The notes below the pieces were generated by a model. It was given only the letters and a program-made list of their open reading frames with translations, made no database searches and had not been told where the DNA came from. Below, piece after piece: positions 45,250-57,585 of a stretch of DNA of 64,000 bases. The first letter of the stretch is position 1. Every line of letters starts with the position of its first letter. The DNA comes from Malacoraja senta (Eukaryota): assembly GCA_038087875.1 (NCBI GenBank), contig JAXLNO010002421.1, positions 124,001-188,000 of the forward strand, in the 5' to 3' direction. The position numbers and the translations under genes were made by a program.

Positions 45250-46870
45250 CAAACAGCTGAAAGTTGTGGGAAAGTAGCTGGTTTGAAGCTGGTTGTGTGA
45301 GCCTTCAGCCTGTTGGAAGCAGTAAGAAGTGGACATGGACGATGACAGATGGCACATACTTGAGATGATTCATATAGATACTTTCTATGGTGAGATGTGT
45401 TGTTCCACTGATAGATCGGGATGAGGTCACCACCCTCTACAGCCTCCTGTGTTGGAATTGCCACACAATACAATTACGCCACCAGTCAAGGTGCTTTCTC
45501 AGTATATTATGCTGAATCTCTTTAAACCAAAGAAAGTTTAAGGTGATCAGAGAGTGAGACAAAATTGACTTTTCAGGTCAAGGACTCTTCATTGGAATGG
45601 AAAAAAAAAAGAAACCAATTTTAAAAGTCTCTTTCCCAAAGAACATCTTGAAAGGGGCTGCACAATGGATTGATCACCCTTAAAGATGGCCACAATCTCT
45701 TTCAAGTGATTGCTGGGATCAGCGCCAGACTTAATGATACAGTTAAAAGATATCTAGTTGTGTAAGAGAGTACAGAGGTTATGCCATTTTATGTCAAAAT
45801 AATAAATTAGTCAAATTCAGATTAGTTAATGGTTATATATATATAGGTTGCAATTCATTTCCTTATTCAGATGAAGTTTACACAGCAAGCAGGAAATGGC
45901 AATGATAGATACACCTATAAATACAACAACAAATGCAAATCAGCAGAATCGAATACAATACATTTTATTGTCATTGCACAGCAACTGTACAACGAAATGT
46001 CAGTGCATCTCCTTCAGTTGTATACAATAAAAGACAGGATAAAAAGATTTAAAAGTACAAAAACACATTAACTCTCATATTACCAGCAAGACCTCAGGAA
46101 ATATAGCCGCTGCTGTGACTTCTTTACAAGAGTGATGGTGTTCACTGTCCATGCGAGGTCCTGGGAGATGTATGTACCCAGGAACTTAAAGCCAGTGACT
46201 CTCTCCACCATGTCTCCTTTGATGTAAAGAGGAGCAGGTTCTTCTCTCCTCCTCCTGAAGTCAATAACCAGTTCTTTTGTTTTGGTTGAGTTGAGTACCA
46301 GGTTATTGTTAGTGCACCAGACAGTCAGTTTTTGGACTTCATCTCTGTAGGCAGACTCGTCGTTGTTATTTATCAGCCCCACCACAGTCGTGTCATCTGC
46401 AAACTTAATGATCCGGTTTGTGCTCTGTGTTGGTGTGCAGTCATGGGTGTATATTGTTTAGAGAATAGGACTCAGCACACAACCTTGTGGCGCTCCTGTG
46501 CTGAGCGGCAGGACTGGGGAGTGATTGGACCCCATCCTGACAGTCTGTGGGCGATCTGTTAATAAGTCCTTGATCCATCTGCATGTGTTGGCATTTACAC
46601 CCAGTTTGTCCACCATTCTGCTGGGGATGATGGTATTGAATGCAGAACTAAAATCTACAAACAACATCCTCACATATGAGCTGGGGCGCTCCAGGTGAGT
46701 CAGTGCAGAATGTAGAGCTATGTTGATGGCGTCCTCTGTTGACCTGTTAGCTCTGTATGCAAACTGATGCTGATCCAGGGTGGATGGGAGTGAGGATTTA
46801 ATGTGGGCCAGGACCAGCCTCTCAAAACACTTCATCACAGTTGAAGTAAGAGCAACAGTTGAAGTAAGAG
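45250..46870 (-). mobile_element. Rex1/Babar RT fragments (45250-45480 and 46075-46870)
   Basis: MKCFERLVL, QFAYRANRSTEDA, FVDFSSAFNTI, PQGCVLSP, KTKELVIDFRR. Confidence 0.85.
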
Positions 46871-46904
46871 CAACAGGATACCAAGTTAAACTAAGGCAAC
46901 ACAG

Positions 46905-47160
46905 AGGCACTGTGATAGAGTGGCTGTCTTACAGCATTAGAGACCCGGGTTCGATCCTGACTAGAGTGCTGTCTGGATGGAGTTTGTACGTTCTCTCTGT
47001 CACCCTGTGGGTTTTCTCTGGGGGCTCCGGTTTCCTCCCAAATACAAAAGACGTGCAGGTTTGTAGGTTAATTTGCTTCTGTAAATTGTCCCTAGCTTGA
47101 AGGACAGAAATAGTGAATGGACAATTGCTGGTCCGTGTGGACTCAGTGGCCCAAAGTTCC
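46905..47160 (+). mobile_element. tRNA-derived SINE
   Basis: Pol III B-box ggttcgatcc at 46948-46957, followed by a SINE body (ccggtttcctccca). Confidence 0.75.
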
Positions 47161-47499
47161 TGTTTCCATACTCTATCTCTAAACTAAACCAAAACTAATC
47201 TCCACTGCCTGCATGTGATCCATATCCTTGTATTCCCTGCATACCCACGAGCCTGTCCAAAACCTTCTTAAGCACCATTATCATGTCCTCCTCTACCACC
47301 ACTCCTGGTAGCGCATTCTAGGTATCAAGCTCTCTCTGTGAAAAAAACACTTGACCTGCACATCTCGTGTAAATTTTGCCCTTCGAAGCTTAACGCTGTG
47401 CTCTTTTGAAATGTGTGATAGACATGCAATCCCATTAGGGGCTGTCAACTGTGGTCAATAAAATCCATGGTTAACTACTATGAAAGACATCAATTACAC

Positions 47500-47765
47500 T
47501 TTCTCCCTGTCAAACAGGGATGTAATGCTGAGGTTCTATAAGGCGCCAGTCAAACCACATTTGGAGCATTGTGAGCAATTTTGGGCACCATATCTGAGGA
47601 AGGATGTGCTGGCTCTAGAGAGGGTCCAGAGGAGGTGTACAAGAATGATCCCAGGAATGAATGGGTTAACATATGATGACCATTTGATGGCAGTGGGCCT
47701 GTACTTGCTGGAGTTTAGAAGAATAAAGGGGGGACCTCATTGAATCATACAAAATAGTGAAAGTC
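47500..47765 (+). mobile_element. CR1 fragment
   Basis: QFWAPYLRKDVLALERVQRR. Confidence 0.75.
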
Positions 47766-47789
47766 TGTTTGCCTTTTGAAATTGGTTTG

Positions 47790-49135
47790 ATTATGTTTTC
47801 TCCCACAAAATTGCTTTAAAAAACCTATAGTGAAAATCCTATAATATATAGTGGTATACGAATTTGGAAACAATTAAAAAAGACTTTAAAATTGGATAAT
47901 TTATCACTCTCTCCCCATTATAAACAACCCTTTATTCAAACCCTCCATGTTGGATAAAGGCTTTACACAATGGAAAAATTATGGAATTAAAAAGATTGGT
48001 CATCTTTATAGGAAAGGCACTTTTCTTTCATTTCAGGAGTTACAACAGATTTACGGACTACACTCAAATAACTTTTTCAGATATTTACAACTTAAAGATT
48101 ACATTAAATCAAATACACAAGATTACAGAACTAGGGAACCAGAAATCCTTGATGAATGTTTGAATAAACATCCTAATACAGAAAATTTAATATCTCATAT
48201 TTATAATACCCTCTTAGATAGTGAGGTCTCGCCGACGGATTTATATAGACACACATGGGAAAATGAATTAGGCCAACCATAACGAAAGATATTTGGGACG
48301 AAAGTCTACAATATATACATCAATGCTCGTTAAATGCCAGACATGCCTTAATACAATTTAAAGTATTACATAGATTACATTATTCTTAAACAAAATTAAA
48401 TAGAATCTTCCCACATATCTCTCCTATTTGTGATAAATGCCAGCATTTAGAGGCTAACTTAACTCATACCTTTGTAAATTGTATAAAAATCAAAAATTTC
48501 TGGAAGGACATTTTCAGAATAATTTCTGAAGTAGTCAATACCCAATTGGATCCCGACTAAAAACTAATAATATTAGGAATGTCAGAACAAAGCCTAAGAC
48601 TTCCAATAAACCAAAGAAACTTTCTTGATTATAGTATAATAATTGGGAAAAAATTAATATTAAAATTTTGGAAAGGTCCTATAACCCCCACAATCAAAAT
48701 GTGGATTATGGAAATGTCAGAGACCTTACATTTGGAAAGAACTAGACTTGTCTTAATTGACAAACTTGAATTATTTAATAGAATAAGGTCTCTATTTATT
48801 GATTTTTTGAAAGGGTAAATTGGTTCAGCATGGGAATCTGACTGAAATCCAAGCTCAGGATTAGATGAATAGTTATGCTTTATAACTTACGGACCTATCT
48901 CCAAAGTTGTATTATTGGTAAATTATTCCATTCTTCTTTATCATGCCTTTTTTTAAATTTCTCACTTTCTATCTATAAAACAAAACTAAATAGAAGCAGA
49001 TTTAATATACAATTGATAAAGGAGGACCACTATTATTTTGATAGCTGGATTCCCACCTATTAGCAAAGTAGGATTGATATATAAGAAATGTTTGTATTAT
49101 GATATGCACATGCTTCTAATAAAAATATATATTTT
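47790..49135 (+). mobile_element. L1/Tx1 3' fragment
   Basis: NNPLFKPS, QFKVLHRLHY, CDKC...HTF, KKLILKFWK; AATAAA and A-rich end; homologous to 62240-63200. Confidence 0.88.
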
Positions 49136-49139
49136 TTTT

Positions 49140-49490
49140 AAAACAAATAGTGAAAGGCTTGGATAGATGTGGATGTGGAGAGGATGTCTCCAATGGTGGG
49201 AGAGTCTACGACGAGAGGTCATAGTCTCAATATTAAAGGACATTCCTTTAGGAAAGAGATGAGGAGGAATTTATTTTGTCAGAGGGTGGTGATTCTGTGG
49301 AATTATTTGCCACAGAAGGCTGTGGAGTCCGTCAATGGATATTTTTAATTCTTGATTAGTATGCAGGTCAGGGGTTATGGGGAGAAGGCAGGAGAATGGG
49401 GTTAGGAGGGAGAGATAGATCAGCCATGATTGACTGGCGAAGTCGACTTGATGGGCCGAATGTTCTAATGCTGCAGCCATCACTTATGAC
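49140..49490 (+). mobile_element. CR1 3'-end fragment
   Basis: gaggaggaatttattttgtcagagggtggtg and CR1 3' UTR. Confidence 0.7.
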
Positions 49491-49783
49491 CTTATGACTC
49501 AGTTGGCTTCCTCCATGTGCTCCAGTTTTGACCAATATACCAAAGACGTGCCAGTGAGTTAGTTGGACATTGCAAATTATCCGTCGTGGAGCTGAATGCA
49601 AGGAGAATCCAAGGGAGCTGAGTGCAAGTTGTGAGAGAGAGCTGTGGAAGTTTGTCGACATTGCGTAGAAAACTAGCATAGAATCAATGGGCCGAATGAC
49701 CTTTCCCTCTGTCATGATTGGGTCAGAGATAATATTACTCATTGCCTACCATTGCAAAACAACATCCTTTGTTCTGAACTCAC

Positions 49784-50059
49784 CTTTTCTGGTCAGGAAT
49801 GTCTTTCCAATTGCATAGTATGTAAGCCATAGATCCACACAGTCATGTTCTAACAAGCTCTTGAAATAACGGTTCATTTTTTCATTCTTGTCCCATTTCT
49901 CTTTGAAGGGCTCAGCTATTGGATCATGCACCGTCCACTTTAGCTTGTCCTTATCAAAACTAAATGCATAACTTCCATCAAAAGCCAACTTCAATATCCC
50001 TACAGTGGGACTGTGATCGTTCACCTCACAACCAAACTGTCCTTGAACGTAGTGATAAT
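49784..50059 (-). CDS. MHC class I-like alpha2-domain exon (non-classical); partner exons not found
   Basis: tttcag|276 nt|gtgagt, phase 1/1, open: HYVQGQFGCEV...AFDG...W...KEKWD...CVDL..TY...GK..L.RK; both disulfide cysteines present. Confidence 0.88.
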
Positions 50060-50224
50060 CTGAAATAAAAATAAAAATAATTATTTGATTAATTGTTATG
50101 ACTGGGTAATTTCTGAACACCAGGGTCCAAGTCATTTATATATGTCACAACTAGCAAGGGTCACAGCACAGATCCCTGCAGAACTCTACTTGTCACTGAA
50201 CTACAGCCTGAATATTTGTCTTTC

Positions 50225-50680
50225 CGTGCAACTGTAGAGACCATATTATTGTATGGGTGTGAGGCATGGACTCTCACTCCAGCACTGTCCTAGACTCTCG
50301 ATGGTACCTACACCCGAATGCTCGGAAAAGTTCAAAATGCAGATGGAGGGACCACATCACGAACGCCCAGCTCTATGGGGAGAATCCACCTCTGACCGAG
50401 AAGATCACGTTGAGAAGGATGAGGCTCGCAGGTCTCTGGCTCCGCCACCCAGAAATGCCAGCAAACAAGGTTGTGCTGTGGGAACCCACCCATGGAAGAC
50501 TTGACCCAGGATGGCCAATCAAGACGATGGTGAAGACGTTGATGGAAGACGCATGTGTAGAGATAAACGAGGCGCCTGCCAGCTGCATGGAGGACAGAGA
50601 TGTGTGGTGCGTCCGTCACCGTGCCCATCGGAAACCAGCACGGCACTAATGTTTTCAACGATTATTATTATCATCCACTA
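50225..50680 (+). mobile_element. RTE-clade LINE 3' fragment
   Basis: LLYGCEAWTLT, WRDHITNAQLY, RRMRLAG, MEDRDVW; (TAT)n-like tail. Confidence 0.8.
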
Positions 50681-50794
50681 CACCCCTCTGTCCTGGGGAT
50701 TTATCCACATTTCTCTTCAAGTGATCCAACATCTCCTTCTTGCTTAACTTCAAAGTGTCCCTGCATGTTAGCATTCTTCACATTGATTCTCCAT

Positions 50795-51545
50795 GTGTAA
50801 GAAAGAACTGCAGATGCTGCAGATGTTAAAATCGAAGAGAGACACAAAATGCTGGCGTAACTCAGCGGGTCAGGCAGCTTCTTCAGACTGATGTCAGGGG
50901 AGGGACAAAGATAGAATGTCGGCGGAGACAGTAAGACTGGTGGCAGAATTGGGAAGGGGGAGGGGATGGAGAGAGAAATCAAGGGCTATCGAAAGTATTA
51001 GAAGTCAATGCTCATACCGCTGGAGTATAGACTATCCAAGCGAAATATGAGGTGCTGTTCCTCCAATTTGGGCTGGGCCTCACTCTGACAATGGAGGAGG
51101 CCCAGGACAGAAAGGTCAGATTGGGAATGGGAGGGGAGTTGAAGTGCTGAGCCACCGGGAGATCGGGTAGGGTAAGACGGACTGAGCGGAAGTGTTCAGC
51201 AAAACGATCGCCGCGCCTGCGCTTGGTCTCACTGATGTAGAGAAGTTGACAACTGAAACAGCGGATACAGTACATGAGGTTGGAAGAGGTGCAAGTGAAC
51301 TTCTGCCTCACCTGGAAAGACTTTAGGTCCTTGGATGGAGTCGAGGGGGGACGTAAAGGGACAGGTGTTGCATCTCCTGCGGTTGCAGGGGAAAGTATCC
51401 GGGGAGCGGGTGGTTTGGGTGTGAAGGGACGAGTTGACCAGGGAGTTTCGGAGGGAAAGGTCTCTGCGGAAAGCAGAAAGGGGTGGAGATGGGAAGATGT
51501 GACCAGTAGTGGGATCCCATTGGAGGTGGCAGAAATGTTGGAGGA
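50795..51545 (-). mobile_element. Penelope-like element 3' part (GIY-YIG endonuclease remnant plus terminus)
   Basis: FTCTSSNLMYCIRC..C.LLYI.ETKR..GDRF.EH...VAQHFNS; terminal repeat at 50795-50900. Confidence 0.85.
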
Positions 51546-51849
51546 TTTTATGATGTACTTACTATTAATGGTCCTTACTATTCTACATGTCTTCCTTGGT
51601 GAAACCAAACCTCGCCTATATCCACAAACCAAGCACATATTCCCTTCTATATCCTTAAGCAATCCACCTTTTGCTGCAATGGTTGCCTCGCCAACAGTAT
51701 GTCTGTCCCTTCCTTCTTTGTGTCCATTTTGTACGTGTTAAATGTATATTCTTCAGTGTTCTTAAGCTTGTTTTTTGGGCGGGGGGGGGGGGGGTGGGGG
51801 AGTTGTGGGAAACTTTTCCTAATCTCTTACCTCGACGTTGATGCGATAT

Positions 51850-52375
51850 TTTCTGTATCGTATCTCCGTCCACAATGCGGCCTAACATTGAGGAATGGCG
51901 GCCTTTGCTAGAGATCGACCGGGAGATCCATCGCAGGAGCCTGTGGACTTACCATCATGGAGCTCGCAATCCTTGTCAGGGATCGACTTTAGAGCTCCAA
52001 CTGTGAGAGCCTGCAAGACTTTAACATCGCGGAGCCTGCGGTCCTCGGTCGAGACCGACATCCGGGATCTCCAAGCCGCAGGAGTTTCGACCGCTCCGAC
52101 CGCTCCGATGTGGGAGTTTCGATTCCCCAACGGGGGTTTCGACCACCGACTGCAGATTATTTGACTGCCCAGACCGCGGGAGATAAAGAGGAAGGAGATT
52201 AGACTTTATTGCCTTCTATCACAGTGAGGAACGTGCGGGCTCCTCTGTTGTGGATGTTTATGTTAACTTTTACGTTATTGTGTGTCTTGTTGCTTTTTTT
52301 TTGTATGGTGTATGGTAGTCTGCATTTCAATGTACCTTAATTGGTATATGTGACAACAAACTAACCATGAAACCT
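51850..52375 (+). mobile_element. SINE-like repeat with a Rex1-type tail (related copy about 55400-55790)
   Basis: Shared ...cacagtga(g/a)gaa...gtggatgttt...gtga(c/t)(a/g)a(c/t)aaa end in both copies. Confidence 0.5.
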
Positions 52376-52461
52376 TGAAAAAGATGTGGGATTTTCTGTA
52401 ATCTGACTTACTAAAGCCACTTTGTGGCCTTTATTAGCCCCTTAAGTTTTAAGCTTTAGAG

Positions 52462-55000
52462 CAGTGGTTCTTAACCTTTTTGGCCCCACGACCCCATCGG
52501 GCATTCTTGATCAGTACCGTGACCTCTGAAACAAAATTTGAAAAAAAACAGCCCGATTTATTAAAACATGTCAGCCAATGCTCAGTCAATGGGATGGCTG
52601 AAATTGCTTCGCAGTCATCAGGCAATCAAAACGAGCACGAATGCTCGACAGGCAGCATCTCATGTCAGTGTCGATCACAAACCTATTGAGTACCTTCGTT
52701 TTCAGAGTTACCATAGTTGAGAATCCACCCTCACAGTGAGAGGTTGAGGGGGACTGGACCAATAGGGTCAGGGCCCTCTTAGAAAGAGCAGGACAGTCCT
52801 TCACTTTCAGCCAAAACGTGGCGAGCTCTTGTTCCATGAAGTCACTCTTGAGTTGCGCATCTTCACAAATTCGGTAAAATTCAACCTTCGCAGTTACATC
52901 AGTATCACTGATGCCACCGTCTTCAACGGAAAAGGGTCGGATGATCCACTCATCATGAGAGCAGTCGTCCAGTCTGGGGAAGTAACGTTCGATGGCTTCA
53001 CTAATTGCCAGAAGGTGGGTTGAGATCTCCTCATGGAAGTGGCATTCAGCATCAGGCATAGCATCCAGGAGAGTCATCATCTCAGGGAAGATAGTCGAGT
53101 CACCGTCCTGGACTCTTCTCTGGTAAAGGTTCCTCCTGAATGCTGCCACTTTGCCATTGGAAGGTTTCCTTGAAGTGACAGGTTCAAGGAATTCACCTCG
53201 GTGAAGAAGTCAGCCAAGTAAAGGCCGTGTCTTACCTGTTTGCGGTCATCGGCGGTGAAGCGCGGCGTCGCCGGTAGCTAGGACCGCGCGGCAAAGGCGA
53301 GAGCGTCGAGCCTATCCACCGGAGCACCGCACGGATGTTGCGCGGGGGCCGAGTTAATTCAAACACGGCGGGTCCCACGTGCTTGCGGTAAGTAAAAAAA
53401 GGGCGGGCCGACTGCGATGACGTCGGCCCCCCGCATGTGACTCACCAGCGGCGGCTGTGGCGGCGGCCATCCTGATCGCGGCGCTGTAGCGATGGCTGTG
53501 CCTGTGGCCGTGCAGCACACGTGCCTCACTGGCGGCGGCACGTGCGTCACTGGCGGAGGCTGTGGCAGAGGAGGTTTGACGCACGGCGCTCGACCCACAC
53601 TGGCGGCGGCCCGTGCGAGCGGCCGTGCGCACTCGTGCATCACTGGTGGAGGTTGTGCGGTGAGTATAGAGTTTTCGACATTGTCGATTTTATTTTTGCA
53701 CCGCGCGGTGTTGGGAACACCGTCGCACGGCCCGGGAATTGTTCTTTCCCACGAGTGCGCGGTCTATGGCGGCAGATTCTTCCCGTTTTGCCGCCAATGA
53801 CCGCAGATTCGTGAGACAGACCTTTAAGCAACCTTCATCACGAACAGTTCAACCTGCATCTTTTCATGAAGCTGATTCTCCTTCTCAGTACCCCTTCTCT
53901 CCAAGAACAACGCTATTTCCTCTCAACGTTGAATCACATGATTGAGAACTTTACCACGCAAAAGCCAGCGCACTTCTGTGTGGAATAACAGAATAGTGAA
54001 ATCGGCGCCCATTTCTTCATACATCGCTTTGAAGATTCTTGAGTTTGTTGCACTCTCTCGGATGTGGTTCACAATCTTCACCACATCTGAAAGCACTTCT
54101 CGAAGACCAAGAGGGAGAGTCTTCATCGCTAAAGCATGGCGATGTATCATGCAGTGGGTGAAGGAGACATGGGAGCGACATCCTTCACGAAGGCTTGGAA
54201 ACCGGATCTGCAACCGACCATGGAAGGTGCCCCAACTGTACACATCCCGACAAGGCATTCCCAGCCTAGCTCATGTTTGATGAGGAAGGCTTCCAGCATT
54301 CTGAACACATCTTCTCCCCGAGTGGTAGTAGCCAATGGCTCCGAGAACAGGTACTCCTCCTCCTCCGTCATGGCTTTTCCATTGAGGTAACAAACGTAGA
54401 CTAGCAGTTGGGAACATGAGGCAACATCTGTTGACTCGCCCAGTTGCAGTGAATACACTGGACTGCTCGTCACAGCCCTCACTACTTGCAGCAGAATATC
54501 ATTACTCATATCCGAGATTCAACTTTTGACTGTGTCGTTCAAAAGGGAAATCTGCCTGAACTTGTTTGACTGCTGTTCCCCCAGCACCAACTTTGCTGCT
54601 TCGAGAAGGCATGGCTTGATAAGCTCTTCACCGATGCTGTGAGGTTTCTTAGTCTGTGCGATTCGATAAGCAATCCGGTATGAAGCCTCCAACGCTGCTT
54701 CATTTTGATGAGCGCAGTGACCCGTTGAATACATGCGGGAACCCTTGAGTACGGCTTCTTTTCGTTTGAAAGAGTCCACGCTCTTCCCCGCCAGGTTACT
54801 GTGACAAGACTCCAAATGGATCTTCAGTTTGCTGGGCTTCATGCTCTCGTGACTCTAAACCTTGGCACAGAGAACACATTGCGGCTTGACCACGGATTTG
54901 GAACAATGCTTGTGAAGCCCAACTTGAGAAATGTTTCACTATACGTGCGCGTCTTGGAAGACATGGTTCACAACACACACTGTTTGTGCGTGTATACGCA
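52462..55000 (-). mobile_element. hAT (Charlie/Buster-type) transposon, heavily frameshifted
   Basis: TIR cagtggttcttaacc at 52462; MKPSKLK.HL, GESTDV, GAPSMVG, HCMIHRHAL, HTEVRWL, CEGGFS; other TIR not recognisable. Confidence 0.88.
53222..53823. mobile_element. Harbinger-type MITE nested in the hAT transposase
   Basis: Imperfect ~30-bp TIRs (aggccgtgtcttac...gcggtcatcggcgg / ccgccaatgaccgc...gagacagacct), TAA/TTA flanks; interrupts the ..CL|YLADFF region. Confidence 0.65.
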
Positions 55001-55789
55001 GGGCCTCAGAGGAATTTTATCAGTGGATACAAAGTATCTTTTGGGCCCCCTTCCCTTCTCCAATAGTCATCCTGTTTTTATCCACTATGCTACAGTTTTA
55101 TGCCATGAGCTGTAGCCTGCACGGCAAAAAGGGGTACGGAAGTTGAGAGAGGGGTGGAATGGGGTGCTCTGTTGATTTTCTGCATTTGAGGCCTTATGTC
55201 CCTATACTCCCGCCATGATAAATATAAATAAATATAAATAACATAAAAGGATCAGCAAGCACATTTGTTTTCCTTCACTCTATAGATGCTGCCTCACCCA
55301 TTGAGTTTCTCCAGCATTTTATCTACCTATGTTTTGAACATCTTTGTTTATGCTACAATACAGATAAGGAGAAAGAATTCACATTGAAACATCCTTTTAT
55401 ATTTAACCGCAAAACCGCTGGCCTGCGGCCTATAACATCCTGAAGCTGCGGTCTCCAGTAGGAAAGTGCCGAGTCGGGACCTCCAAGCCGCACAGAGTGT
55501 GTTTGTCCGTCCCAACATCGGAGTTTGGATCATCCGACGAGAGGGCCTTGTACATCGGGCCGTCCCTAGCGGCGACTACGGAGGGGTTATGGCCCCGAAC
55601 ACGGGTGAACAAAGGAGGAGGACTTGCTGAAACTTGTTGCCTTCCACCACAGTGAAGAATGCTGTAGTGGATGTTTGTGTTCAATTTTATTGTGTATTGT
55701 GTGTTCTTTTTACGTGTATCACTGCTGGCAAATTCACTTCACTGCACCTTCGGGTGTATGTGATGAATAAAACTGACTTTAACTTTGAA

Positions 55790-55960
55790 TACTTAGCCTG
55801 GCCAAATCCACAAGACGTTCATGAGACATTGTCGACCTTAAATAATTCTTAATCAGCTTGAGTTTGCTAAATGACCTCTGCAGAAGCTACTGTTGCTGGA
55901 ATTGTTAATAGTATTCTGAAGCCAACACAAACATTTGGAAACAGGTTACCAAGTCAATAG
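55790..55960 (-). mobile_element. hAT (Tip100/ZMYM1-like) dimerisation-domain fragment
   Basis: LFPNVCVGFRILLTIPATVASAE.SFSKLKLIKNYLRSTMSHERL. Confidence 0.8.
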
Positions 55961-56529
55961 TCTGTTAACAAGTTCAACAGATCTAATGGTTTTAACTTCA
56001 TTTATAAAATTCACCCTCCACTAACACACATACACTCAGACACACACTCACTCACCTACTCACATACACCCACACACACACTCACCTACTCGCATACACC
56101 CAAACACATCCACACACACACACCTACTCACATACACCCCCCCACACACACACCCACCCACCCACACTGACCCACACAAATCCACCCACTTACCCACGCC
56201 CACTCTCCCACCCAAACGCAGGCCCGGACCACTGAAACAGCCGTGGCTGCCGACTCTCACCACCTCCCGGGCGGGGACACCGCAGCCACTGTCGCTGGAA
56301 AGCCCGTATCTCTACTCCAGCTCCCCACGGGCCTCCGCCAGCGACTCCGCCGACACTTGCCTCTCCACCGGCCACCAGCGGGCCAGAGCCGTCACCTTCC
56401 CGGTTCAGCACCAGGCCCACAACCTCCACCATGCAGGCAGCACGTGGTCTAATTCTGCTGGCTCCTAGTCCCCCTCCCCCTACAGGGAAGATCAATCAGT
56501 AGTGATGACTCTGCTGGGTCCTAGTGCTC

Positions 56530-57121
56530 CCCCCCCCCCCCGAGGAAGCGCGGAGGGGTATGTAGTTGTGCGCGACATCGCGCGGGGCTCCGATAATTTT
56601 GCAGTGAACTAAATCTTCGCACGCCAACGGCCTATCGCGTAACTGACGGCCAAAGTGGGACAGGCCCAAGACCCTGGCGCGACGCAAAGTTTCACCTCCA
56701 ACAGCAGCAGAAGCAGGCAGACGATCGCCGCACTCGGCCTGGGGCTCACAGCCGTTGCGGTCCGGATCCGCCCCCACTTCTACTCCCAGAGCGGGGCCAA
56801 GAAAATTGAAGACAGACACAAAATGCAGGAGTAACTCAGCGGGACCGGCAGCATCTCTGGAGAGAAGCAATGGGTGACGTTTTGGGTCAAGACCCTTCTT
56901 TTCAGACTGAAGAAGAGTCTCGACACGAAACATCATCCATTCCTTCTCTCCAGAGATGCTGCCGGTCCCGCTGAGTTACTCCAGCTTCGTGTCCATCTGC
57001 AAATAACGACACGCGCTCCAGACGGCTGTGCGTACGCATGTAATCGCGCCTGACCTTCGCCGGACCATCGCGGCTCAACGCGTAATTTGCATTCCAAGGA
57101 CACGTAAGTGGGACAGGCCCC
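56530..57121. mobile_element. Harbinger-MITE fragment with a nested palindromic Penelope repeat (56805-57000)
   Basis: Right TIR gtgggacaggcccc|tta; nested tail-to-tail repeat carries two decayed hammerhead cores. Confidence 0.7.
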
Positions 57122-57585
57122 TTAGATGATTCATTCCCTCTGGCATTGATTGATGAATCAAAGTGATGGAATTTGTAAGGATTTGCTGAAGTCAGTTTGC
57201 TTAAAACTGCTCACTCCTTGAAAAGGAGAGTCTGTGAACTTTAGCCCAGAGACAAAGAACAGTTTGTGAACTCAAGGTTGTAATTGATAAAGATCTAGGC
57301 ACAACTGTGAACACCAACCCTTTATTAGGATGAAGGTAATGAGCTAATGCCAACCATTCCCCTGGGACCAGGAGTAACAAGGAAGGGTCAAAACTTGGAT
57401 GATGTTTTCATACCAATAAGAAACTCTACAAACAATGATAGCTGAATAAAACATACTTATGTTGTATAGATGAAGAGCCTCCTTTTCAAGCTGCTTTCTG
57501 CAGTCTTTTAGTTGTTCTGCAGATCCTTTACATTCTCTCGTCTTCGTGTTTTCAAGAAACACCACCAATAGCCGAATGTATACTA

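Noticed and set aside
46905-46975. tRNA gene
   Set aside because: The B-box is followed by a SINE body and no cloverleaf can be folded
57344-57568. Helical ORF ending YNIS as the MHC alpha1 C-terminus
   Set aside because: Spacing does not fit alpha1, no beta-strand half upstream, and the paralogous segment has stops
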